Shown: piece after piece, positions 49,234 through 58,135 of the stretch
How the letters are laid out: every line of letters starts with the position of its first letter
How positions within the stretch are numbered: the first letter of the stretch is position 1
Assembly: GCA_965541585.1 (NCBI GenBank)
Contig: CBEUCH010000001.1
Location: 256,001 to 320,000 of the forward strand
Direction of reading: 5' to 3'
Source: an uncultured bacterium
GTDB lineage: Bacteria > Zixibacteria > MSB-5A5 > UBA10806
Length of the DNA stretch: 64,000 nt
The notes under the pieces: model-generated
What the model was told of the DNA's origin: nothing
Databases searched by the model: none
What the model saw: only the letters and a program-made list of their open reading frames with translations
Made by a program: the position numbers and the translations under genes

Positions 49234-50925
49234 ATGGCTCTTGAACTCGGCAAAATGCTGGTTAAGGCCGGCAAGATTACCGAGGACCAACTACAGCAAG
49301 CGCTGGAGGTGCAAGAAAGCGGCACTGGCAAGCTCGGTGAAATCCTCGTCAAGATCGGCGCTGTGCCCGACGAAAACATAATATCGGAGTTCATAGGAAA
49401 ACAGCTCAATATTGGCGCCCTGCGTTTAACTGATATTGAATTGAATCCCGAGATTGTCAAGCTGATTCCACATGACATTGCGAGCAAGTTCAACGTTCTT
49501 GCCATCTCAAAGCTTTACAAAACCCTCATAGTTGCCATCTCCGATCCCAATAATATATATGTACTGGATGCTATAAAATTTATAACGGGCTGCAATATTC
49601 AGCCGGTAATCTCACCGGAGAATACTATTTCAAAAGCTATCGAGACATATTATGACGATAGTAGCGCACTGAATGACATAATTAAGGATATGTCGTCCGA
49701 GCTGGAGGTTGTGGAGGAGACCGAAGATGATCTCTCGGAGCAGGATCTGCAGTCGCAGGTGCAGGATAAGCCGCTGGTCAAACTTGTGGACGGCCTGATC
49801 GCTGATGCCATTCGCAAGGATGCTTCCGATATTCATTTTGAGTGTTATGAGAAACGGATAAGAATTAGATATCGTATTGACGGCGCTCTTCAGGAGACGG
49901 CGCCGATCCCCTTTAAATATCGTGCGGCCATAGTCTCGCGAATGAAGATCATGGCCGATCTTGATATTTCAGAACGTCGCCTTCCGCAGGACGGTAGAAT
50001 CAAGGTCAAGCTGGGAGGAAGAACGGTCGATCTGAGGGTCTCGGTGCTGCCAACGATTTTCGGCGAAAAGGTGGTCATGAGGATTCTCGATCCCAAATCT
50101 CTGATGGTCGATCTGACCAAACTGGGATTTCCGGATCTGGCCCTGAAAAATTTCGACGATGTTATTCATCTTCCTTACGGGATGATCCTCGTGACCGGGC
50201 CTACCGGTTCCGGAAAAACCACCACTCTATATTCCGCGCTGAAAACGCTGAATTCGACCGATGTTAATATTATGACGGCAGAAGATCCGGTGGAGTTTAA
50301 TTTCGAGGGCATAAATCAGGTGCAAATCAGATCTGATATCGGTCTGACTTTTGCCGCCAGCCTCAGATCATTTTTGCGACAGGATCCGGACATAATAATG
50401 GTGGGTGAGATTCGCGATGGAGAGACGGCCGATATTGCGATCAAGGCCGCTCTTACCGGACATCTCGTCTTCTCGACACTGCACACCAATGATGCGCCAT
50501 CCACCATCAACAGGTTGGTGGATATGGGAGTTCCAACCTACCTGGTGGCCGCCTCTACGAAACTGATCATGGCCCAGAGGATGATTAGAAAGATTTGCGG
50601 TAATTGCAAGGAAGAGGTGGAGATCACCTCGGAGATGCTGGAAATGCTTCATCTGACCAAAGAAGAGGCAGCCGGATTGAAGATATTCCAGGGAAAAGGC
50701 TGCGGGCATTGCAATAACACCGGTTATTCGGGTCGGACAGGGCTTTTCGAGGTTATGCTCATTACTCCCATGATAGAAAAGATGATAATTCAGGGATCAT
50801 CGTCATCCGAGATCAGAGAGCAGGCGGTCAAAGAGGGAATGATGGCTCTAAGATCGGCGGGTCTCGAAAAGCTGAAAAATGGTATAACATCGCTTGAGGA
50901 GGTCGTCGCCGAGACTACCATCTGA
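49234..50925 (+). CDS. pilB: pilus assembly ATPase PilB (copy 2)
   Basis: MshEN-like LGKMLV/LGEILV, GPTGSGKTTT, TAEDPVE, FLRQDPD and two CxxC motifs. Confidence 0.94.
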   Translation: MALELGKMLVKAGKITEDQLQQALEVQESGTGKLGEILVKIGAVPDENIISEFIGKQLNIGALRLTDIELNPEIVKLIPHDIASKFNVLAISKLYKTLIVAISDPNNIYVLDAIKFITGCNIQPVISPENTISKAIETYYDDSSALNDIIKDMSSELEVVEETEDDLSEQDLQSQVQDKPLVKLVDGLIADAIRKDASDIHFECYEKRIRIRYRIDGALQETAPIPFKYRAAIVSRMKIMADLDISERRLPQDGRIKVKLGGRTVDLRVSVLPTIFGEKVVMRILDPKSLMVDLTKLGFPDLALKNFDDVIHLPYGMILVTGPTGSGKTTTLYSALKTLNSTDVNIMTAEDPVEFNFEGINQVQIRSDIGLTFAASLRSFLRQDPDIIMVGEIRDGETADIAIKAALTGHLVFSTLHTNDAPSTINRLVDMGVPTYLVAASTKLIMAQRMIRKICGNCKEEVEITSEMLEMLHLTKEEAAGLKIFQGKGCGHCNNTGYSGRTGLFEVMLITPMIEKMIIQGSSSSEIREQAVKEGMMALRSAGLEKLKNGITSLEEVVAETTI

Positions 50926-50928
50926 TAT

Positions 50929-50955
50929 TATAGTCCAGGTAATATTTGTCGATAA
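50929..50955 (+). promoter_or_regulatory. sigma28-type promoter candidate upstream of pilT copy 2
   Basis: TATA-N15-GTCGATAA fills the short intergenic gap. Confidence 0.5.
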
Positions 50956-50977
50956 TTAAGGGGGAGGAAATACATTT

Positions 50978-52084
50978 ATGATAACGCTTCGTGAACTTCT
51001 CGAATTGATGGTCAAGAGAAAAAGCTCCGACCTGCATATTACGGTTGGATCTCCGCCGGTTCTGCGGATTGACGGCAAACTGGTGAAAACCGATTATGAT
51101 GTTCTTACTCCTGAACAAACTAAGAAGCTGGCTTATTCGGTAATGAATGAGAGACAGCGTCAGAAATTCGAGGAGAATTCGGAGATGGATCTCTCCTTCG
51201 GTGTGGAGCAGCTTTCCAGATTTCGCTGCAACGTTTTCATGCAGCGAGGCAACGTGGCCGTGGCATTACGCCAGATTCCTCATATGATTCAAACGTTCAG
51301 CGAGCTGGGATTGCCCGAAGTGGTGCCGAAGTTGGCGGAGCTTCCCCGGGGGTTGATACTGGTCACCGGACCCACCGGATCCGGGAAATCGACCACGCTG
51401 GCGGCTCTTATTGATAAGATCAACGATGAAAGAAACCTGCATATAATAACAGTTGAAGATCCTATTGAGTATCTTCATAAGCATAAGAATTGCCTTATTA
51501 ATCAGCGAGAAGTTCACTCCGATACCAAGAGCTTTTCGGCATCGCTGAAATACGCGTTGCGGCAGGATCCGGATGTTGTTTTGATCGGTGAGATGCGGGA
51601 TCTGGAGACGATGGAGGCGGCGTTAACGATTTCGGAAACCGGCCACCTGGCATTCGCCACGCTGCATACTAACTCGGCGGCGGAGGCCGTCAACCGTATT
51701 GTGGATGTTTTCCCGACAAATCAGCAGGAGCAGGTAAGGGTTCAGCTATCATTTGTTCTGCAAGGGATAATAAGTCAGCAATTGATTCCGCGAATAGGCG
51801 GCGGCAGGGTGCTGGCTGTAGAGATACTGGTTGCGACGCCGGCGGTGAGGGCCGTAATCCGCGATGATAAGATTCATCAGATCTATTCGTTGATACAGGC
51901 CGGCCAGAAGTTCGGTATGAGAACCATGAATCAATCTATCTATGATCTTTATAAAAAGAAGAAGATCAATTACAACGACGCCATCGGTCGGTCATCCAAT
52001 ATCCATGAATTGGACGAAATGATTCAGAGACAGGGTCCGCAGGGCAGCGTAAAAAAAGGCCTTACATATCAGATTGAGAGGTAG
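50978..52084 (+). CDS. pilT: retraction ATPase PilT (copy 2)
   Basis: Motifs SSDLHI, GPTGSGKSTT, ALRQDPD and AVRAVIRD. Confidence 0.93.
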   Translation: MITLRELLELMVKRKSSDLHITVGSPPVLRIDGKLVKTDYDVLTPEQTKKLAYSVMNERQRQKFEENSEMDLSFGVEQLSRFRCNVFMQRGNVAVALRQIPHMIQTFSELGLPEVVPKLAELPRGLILVTGPTGSGKSTTLAALIDKINDERNLHIITVEDPIEYLHKHKNCLINQREVHSDTKSFSASLKYALRQDPDVVLIGEMRDLETMEAALTISETGHLAFATLHTNSAAEAVNRIVDVFPTNQQEQVRVQLSFVLQGIISQQLIPRIGGGRVLAVEILVATPAVRAVIRDDKIHQIYSLIQAGQKFGMRTMNQSIYDLYKKKKINYNDAIGRSSNIHELDEMIQRQGPQGSVKKGLTYQIER

Positions 52085-52087
52085 TCC

Positions 52088-53287
52088 ATGCCTGTATTCG
52101 AATATAAAGGAAAGACGCGTGGAGGAAAACAGGTCCAGGGTGAGCTGAAGGCTAAAAACAGGGCGGAGCTTGAAAGGCTTCTGAGGGCCAACAAGATCCT
52201 GGTGACAGGTGTTTCCAAAAAGCCGGCGCAGATTCAGATAAGGTTCGGTTCCGGCATAAAGAGGGTAGATATATCGAGATTCACAAGGCAGTTCGCCACC
52301 ATGATATCGGCCGGTTTGCCCATGGTGCAGTGCCTGGAGATCCTCGGCACGCAGATGGAATCAGCGGAATTCCGTAAGATTATCGTTATGGTCAAGGAAT
52401 CCGTGCAATCAGGTGCGACGCTTTCCGAGGCCTTGGGCAAACACAAGAAAGTTTTCGATGATCTATATGTCAATATGGTAGAGGCCGGCGAGATCGGCGG
52501 CGCCCTGGATACTATCCTGATTCGGCTGGCGCAATACAAAGAGAAGACCGACAAGCTGATCAGAAAGGTCAAGGGGGCTCTGGTTTATCCGATCGTGGTG
52601 ATGGTGGTGGCCATGGGTGTAACCTTCGCTATGCTGAGGTATATTGTCCCGATCTTCGCCAAGATGTTTTCCGGCCTGGGAGCTGAATTGCCGGCGCCGA
52701 CCCAGGTTGTTCTGAATATCTCTAATTTCCTGAAGGAAAACACGCTGCTGATTATATTCATTCTGGTGATCGCCGGCATTGCCTTTAAGCTGTTTTTGAG
52801 AAATCCCAAAGGAAGACTGATTTTCGATGGTTTCAAGCTGAAAATGCCGCTTCTGGGCAGTTTAATCAGGAAAGGCGCCATCTCCAGGTTCACTAGAACT
52901 CTTTCGACCCTTCTTTCGTCCGGCGTATCGATTCTGGATGCCCTCAGTATTACAGCAAAGACTTCGGGCAACATGGTTCTTCAGAATGCCATCAAGAAAT
53001 CAACGGTCTCGATTGCCGAGGGTGAAACCATCACCCAGCCTCTGAAAGAGGTCGGGGTCTTTCCACCAATGGTGACGCAGATGATCTCTGTAGGCGAGAA
53101 AACCGGCGGTCTCGACGAGATGCTCTCCAAGATAGCGGATTTTTACGATGACGAGGTTGATGCTGCCGTAGCTGCCTTAACGTCGATAATCGAGCCAATC
53201 ATCATAGTTTTCATGGGGGCCATGATCGGTTGTATACTTATTGCCATGTATCTGCCGATGTTCGATATAATCGGTCAAATCGGTTAA
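52088..53287 (+). CDS. pilC: platform protein PilC (copy 2)
   Basis: Motifs FTRQFATMISAG, GEIGGALD, GALVYP, GEKTG and IIEP. Confidence 0.94.
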   Translation: MPVFEYKGKTRGGKQVQGELKAKNRAELERLLRANKILVTGVSKKPAQIQIRFGSGIKRVDISRFTRQFATMISAGLPMVQCLEILGTQMESAEFRKIIVMVKESVQSGATLSEALGKHKKVFDDLYVNMVEAGEIGGALDTILIRLAQYKEKTDKLIRKVKGALVYPIVVMVVAMGVTFAMLRYIVPIFAKMFSGLGAELPAPTQVVLNISNFLKENTLLIIFILVIAGIAFKLFLRNPKGRLIFDGFKLKMPLLGSLIRKGAISRFTRTLSTLLSSGVSILDALSITAKTSGNMVLQNAIKKSTVSIAEGETITQPLKEVGVFPPMVTQMISVGEKTGGLDEMLSKIADFYDDEVDAAVAALTSIIEPIIIVFMGAMIGCILIAMYLPMFDIIGQIG

Positions 53288-53300
53288 GAGAACTGCTCCG

Positions 53301-53337
53301 AAACCGCTCTTTTCAAATAAGAAGGGAGCGGTTTTTT
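53301..53337 (+). terminator. intrinsic terminator after pilC copy 2
   Basis: AAACCGCTCTTTTC-N6-GAAGGGAGCGGTTT followed by a T run. Confidence 0.75.
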
Positions 53338-53341
53338 CATC

Positions 53342-55041
53342 ATGGATAAGTCAAAGAAATATAACCACTCGACGCCCGCCGATCGAAGTTTCTGGTTCTT
53401 ATCATTGCGATCGGTGATAATTCTATTGCTTTTCGGCTCCGGGCTGATCTTCCTGAGACCCTCGGAATTTAGCTATATACTCCTTGGCATTTATGGTTTT
53501 CTGGGAATCGTCTATTTTGTTTATAACGTTTCGGTAAAACATTATTCCGAGGAATTCGTCAGAAGCATCATAATAGCCCAGCTGGTTTTCGAGCTTCTTC
53601 TTGAGGGATTACTGGTTAACCATGTAGGAGGCAGCTTTTCACCGTTTACTTTATTCTTCATCATAAGCATCGTGGTGACCGCACTATATTTCCGTCTGCA
53701 GGGCTCGATACTGGTGGCCACTTCAGCCGGGCTTTTGTATTCTCTTCCTGTATTCTTCGATTTGTCGTTTATCTACGAGGGTCTAATCGAACCTCCGAGG
53801 TTGGCCGGGCTGGGCATCTCATCGGATGAAGCGTTCTATACCGTATTTCTGCATCTTTGCCTGTTTTACTCTTTCTCATTCATATCCGGATACCTGGCGC
53901 AGAATCTCTTCGTCACGACGCGGGAACTGAGGAGATTAAGAGTCGAGACCAGCGAAATCCTGGAGCAGATGCGTTCGGGCCTGCTGACTGTCAATGCCGA
54001 GAAACGAATCGTATATTTCAATAAAGCGGCCGGTGAAATCCTGGGGCTTGATCCCGGAGATGTGCGTGGTGGACATATTCTTAATGTGTTCGGGAAAGGC
54101 TGCAGAGAGTTTCGACGACGACTCGACGCTGCCCTGGATTATAAGCGGGCGGAAGACCGTACGGAAATCATCGTCGAACACCACCGAAGCGGCACAATCC
54201 CGCTTGGACTTTCGATATCCATTATAAGAGACGATGAGGAGGAGTTAAGAGGAATAATAGCTGTTTTTCAGGACTTGACGGAAGCCAAGAAACTTGAGGA
54301 ACGGATCAGGGCGGCCGATCGGCTGGCGGCGGTCGGCCAACTGGCAGCCGGCATCGCTCATGAAATCAGAAACCCGCTGGCATCGATATCGGGCTCGGTA
54401 GAGGTCCTGAAAGACGAACTCAATCCTGACGGTGATAACCTTCGCCTGATGCAGTTGATCTTAAAGGAGTCATCGAGGCTCAACACCATACTGACGGATT
54501 TTCTCAATTTCGCCCGCATAAACAGAAAATCCACAGATAGGAGTGATCTCAGCGTGGTGATTCCAGAGGTGATTGAACTCGCAGCAGGTGATAGCAAGAT
54601 CAATGATTCCGTTGAGATTACGCATAATCTGCATCAGCAAAATATCCTGGTGGCGGGTAGTGAGGATCAGATTAAGCAGATTCTCTGGAATTTGATTTTA
54701 AACTCCGCTCAGGCGATGGGGGGAAAGGTGGAGTGATCCGGATCTCCACCGAGAATTATTGTTCCGACGTGGGTATTCAAATGGTCAAGCTGATTGTAAC
54801 TGATGAGGGCCCGGGCGTTCCTGCCGGGATCAGAGATAAGATTTTCGACCCGTTTTTCTCGACCGGGCAGGATGGCACCGGTTTAGGGTTGCCGATTGTG
54901 GTTCGCCTCGTGGATTGCCTGGAGGGTAAAATCGACCTTGAATCTTCGGCGGAAACCGGCACGAGATTTTCGATATGCCTGCCCATAGAGCAGGCCAAAA
55001 AGAAGAAACCCAAAACGCTGCAAGAAGTTATGACAAGCTGA
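53342..55041 (+). CDS. pilS: PilS-like sensor histidine kinase split by a -1 frameshift (ORFs 53342-54736 and 54733-55041)
   Basis: ORF1 carries the TM region, PAS, H-box AHEIRNPL and N-box QILWNLILNS. ORF2 carries G1/F/G2 boxes DEGPG, FDPFF and GTGLGL. A -1 shift at 54721-54727 joins them. Confidence 0.85.
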
Positions 55042-55078
55042 AATTTCTTCGGTTTTTTCTTTCAGCTATATTTTTTTC

Positions 55079-55107
55079 TTGACGATTGAACAAATGAACA
55101 GTATATT
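55079..55107 (+). promoter_or_regulatory. lexA sigma70 promoter with candidate SOS box in the spacer
   Basis: TTGACG-N17-TATATT. The spacer contains TGAAC-AAAT-GAACA. Confidence 0.65.
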
Positions 55108-55183
55108 TCTTTGCAGGTCCATACGGACTCGCGCGGACAACTTATGGATTGGAAATTGAAAATAAAAATAGAGGAGGGCAATC

Positions 55184-55810
55184 ATGGCTAAGGATTTGAC
55201 TGCCAGACAGCGAGAGATCTTCGAGTTTATCAAGGGGATGATTCGCAGTAAGGGGCGGCCGCCATCCATAAGGGAGATCGGGGAGCAGTTCGCCATCCGT
55301 TCCACAAACGGCGTCAGGGCCGTTCTGGAGGCCCTGGAGCGCAAGGGGTATATCCGTCGAGATAGATACACATCCCGGGGAATTGAGCTTTTGAAAGAGG
55401 CCGACGAGATAGTGTCATCGGGGCGCCTCCGGGAGATCTTCTGGGTCGGTCGGGTGGCCGCCGGCACGCCGGTCTGGGCCGAGGAGAATATTGAGGGCAG
55501 TTTCCTCATAGACCGGGAATTCGTGCCGGGCGAGGAGGTCTTCTCGCTGAAGGTGCAGGGCGATTCCATGATCGACGCCGGCATATTCGACGGCGATTAT
55601 GTGCTGGTTAGAAAACAGCCCAACGCCGACCCCGGCGATATGGTGGTGGCGCAGATCGGCGATGAGGCCACGGTCAAGAAGTTTTTCCCCGAGAGAAAGA
55701 GAATCCGCCTGGAGCCGGCCAACACCGATTACGGCCCCATAATCATAGAGAAAAGCACCCCCGGGTTTTCAATCGCCGGCAAGGTGATCGGGTTGTTAAG
55801 GAGGATGTAG
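55184..55810 (+). CDS. lexA: SOS repressor LexA
   Basis: Motifs LTARQ, PPSIREI, LERKGYI, cleavage site VAAG, GDSM (Ser) and ATVKK (Lys). Confidence 0.96.
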   Translation: MAKDLTARQREIFEFIKGMIRSKGRPPSIREIGEQFAIRSTNGVRAVLEALERKGYIRRDRYTSRGIELLKEADEIVSSGRLREIFWVGRVAAGTPVWAEENIEGSFLIDREFVPGEEVFSLKVQGDSMIDAGIFDGDYVLVRKQPNADPGDMVVAQIGDEATVKKFFPERKRIRLEPANTDYGPIIIEKSTPGFSIAGKVIGLLRRM

Positions 55811-55879
55811 GGGGGAGCGGGAATATATGTTATTTGGGGGGTAATGTTTATATTTGGAATTGGATATTTTGTATGTATC

Positions 55880-56017
55880 GTAGGGGCGAGGTTACCTCGC
55901 CCCTACGGAAAAACCCAAATGGGGGTGTGATATGATTAATATGAGGATTGATATTATTCGGAGGGAATCCCCCTCTGCGGGTCGATCTGTCTGCCCGTAT
56001 GGGAGATCGACCCCTAC
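55880..56017. repeat. REP elements upstream of the RAYT
   Basis: GTAGGGGCGAGGT-T-ACCTCGCCCCTAC (55880-55906) and GCGGGTCGATCTG-[14 nt]-AGATCGACCCCTAC (55977-56017). Confidence 0.85.
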
Positions 56018-56056
56018 AGAATGTGGGAAGGGAATCGGTGAAGTGGAAGAAATGAG

Positions 56057-56644
56057 ATGAAAAGTGGGTCAAAACTGCCAAGAAAGCGATCAATACGATT
56101 GAAAGATTATGATTATTCGCAAAATAACGCCTATTTCGTGACGATTTGCACGAAAGATAGGTTACCGACGATAGATTCCGGCATTATTCGCGGAATTATC
56201 CAAAAAGCCTGGGAAAACCTTCCAAACCATTATCCCACAGTTATTCTGGATGAATTTGTGATTATGCCCAACCATGTGCACGGGATAATCATAATAAATG
56301 ATCAAAATAAATATGGCTTCTGTAGGGGCGAGGTTACCTCGCCCCTACGAAAGAAAATAACATTAGGCCAGATTGTGGCCTGTTTTAAATACCAATCGAC
56401 AAAATCAATAAATCAAATCCGCGGATCTATTGGTGTTCCATTCTGGCAGCGCAATTATTACGAACATGTAATACGAAACGATGATGATTTACATAAAACC
56501 AGAAAATATATCCGGGAGAATCCTTTGAAATGGGATCTGGATGAGGAGAATCCCAATAATATTTTGCAAGTAACTCGGGGGGCAACGTTAACCATGGGGG
56601 GTAAACATTGTACCAGGATATCGAGGAACAGGTCGATGTCATAG
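56057..56644 (+). mobile_element. REP-associated tyrosine transposase (RAYT, Y1/HUH)
   Basis: Motifs RKRSIRLKDYDY, YFVTICT, HUH IMPNHVHGII, FWQRNYYEHVIR and YIRENP. Contains an internal REP copy at 56322-56348. Confidence 0.9.
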
Positions 56645-56856
56645 CCATCTTCGAGACTGGTCGGATGCGGCCGATCAAGTTCCGGTGGAACGGACGGGCT
56701 ATCAAGATAAAAAAAGTCACCGGCGCCTGGAAATCGGATGTGGGGGCGCACAAGATCCGCTATTTCGCGGTGCTCGATTCGGCCTCTAATTTTTTCCAAC
56801 TCGCCTACGACGAGAGAAACACCGTCTGGGTTTTGAACAAGATATGGGTGGAATAA
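56608..56856 (+). CDS. small conserved-looking protein (DUF6504-like) upstream of dinB
   Basis: 82 aa with PIKFRWNGR..IKKV..W, RYFAV and FQLAYD..WVL. Overlaps the dinB start. Confidence 0.7.
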   Translation: MYQDIEEQVDVIAIFETGRMRPIKFRWNGRAIKIKKVTGAWKSDVGAHKIRYFAVLDSASNFFQLAYDERNTVWVLNKIWVE

Positions 56857-58055
56857 AAAACGACTCGGTCTGGCGGGGGTGCAGGGCGATCATGCATATC
56901 GACATGGACGCCTTCTTCGCTGCGGTGGAGCAAAAAATCAACCCCGATCTGAGGGGAAGGCCTGTGATCGTAGGCGGCACTCCCGATTCGAGAGGGGTGG
57001 TTTCCACATGCTCGTATGAGGCCAGAAACTACGGAGTGCATTCCGCCATGCCGATGAGGCAAGCGTACAAACTATGCCCTCAGGCAGTATATATAGACAC
57101 ATCGGGGGGCAAGTATTCGTATATGTCGGTCAGGGTATTGAATGTCTTGAAAAACTACTCGCCCAATGTCGAGCCGGTATCAATAGATGAAGCATTCGTG
57201 GATATCACCGGTGTGCACGAACGGTATGGGGGACCTGAAAAGCTGGCGGCAAGTGTGAAGCGAGATATAAAAAAAGAGCATGGCCTGACATCATCAATAG
57301 GGATTGGTCCGAACAGGTTCGTGGCCAAGATGGCATCATCTGCGAACAAGCCGGACGGCCTGGTGATAATTCCACGGGAAGAAGTGAGGCAATTTTTATG
57401 GGTCCAGCCGGTAAGACATCTCTGGGGGGTAGGCCCGAAATCGGAGGAAGCTTTTAAAAGGATCGGAATAGAAACTATAGGCGATCTGGCTAAGACCGAC
57501 GGGGGCAAGCTAAAAAAGATGTTTGGGATAGCAGGACCGGCATTGAAAAAAATGGCCACCGGAGAAGGCGATGACGATGTCCGTCCCAGCGATATTGATC
57601 ACGAGGCTAAATCGATGGGGCATGAGCACACGTTCCACCGCGACACGAACAATCAGGATGAAGTTATAGGATTGTTATTGTACCTCTCTGACAGGGTATC
57701 CCGTCGCCTGAGGCAATCCGGTTGCGAGGGGAAAACGGTTGCGTTAAAGATCAGAAAATCAAGTTACAAATTGGTTACCCGGTCCTCTACTTTAAAAGAA
57801 TATTTCGATACGGAAAAGACAATTTTCCGGACTGCAAAGATGTTGTTGTTGAAAAATAGATTTCTCGATGAACCGATCAGGCTCTTAGGCGTGAATGTTT
57901 CTAACCTCAGGAGTAAGAGAGATCCATATTATAATGAATTGCTATCGGGAGATGATCCTCGAATAAAAAGCGAGAAAATCGACCTACTGTTGGATTGCCT
58001 GCGTGACCGGCATGGCGAGGAATCTATATTTTTCGCCGGTTCGCGTGTTTTTTAA
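56844..58055 (+). CDS. dinB: DNA polymerase IV (Y family)
   Basis: Motifs HIDMDAFFA, SYEAR, SIDEAF, AKMAS..KPDG, LWGVG and IRLLGV. Confidence 0.95.
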   Translation: MGGIKNDSVWRGCRAIMHIDMDAFFAAVEQKINPDLRGRPVIVGGTPDSRGVVSTCSYEARNYGVHSAMPMRQAYKLCPQAVYIDTSGGKYSYMSVRVLNVLKNYSPNVEPVSIDEAFVDITGVHERYGGPEKLAASVKRDIKKEHGLTSSIGIGPNRFVAKMASSANKPDGLVIIPREEVRQFLWVQPVRHLWGVGPKSEEAFKRIGIETIGDLAKTDGGKLKKMFGIAGPALKKMATGEGDDDVRPSDIDHEAKSMGHEHTFHRDTNNQDEVIGLLLYLSDRVSRRLRQSGCEGKTVALKIRKSSYKLVTRSSTLKEYFDTEKTIFRTAKMLLLKNRFLDEPIRLLGVNVSNLRSKRDPYYNELLSGDDPRIKSEKIDLLLDCLRDRHGEESIFFAGSRVF

Positions 58056-58135
58056 AACGAATATCCTTGACATAAATAGACCTCTTTTCTTTATTGCCCG
58101 TGGCATGAAAGTGATTAAATTAAGGCGGGTGTAGC

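Noticed and set aside
54733..55041. Independent 102-aa ATPase gene
   Set aside because: It contains only the second half of a HATPase domain whose N-box is in the upstream ORF, so I treated it as part of pilS.
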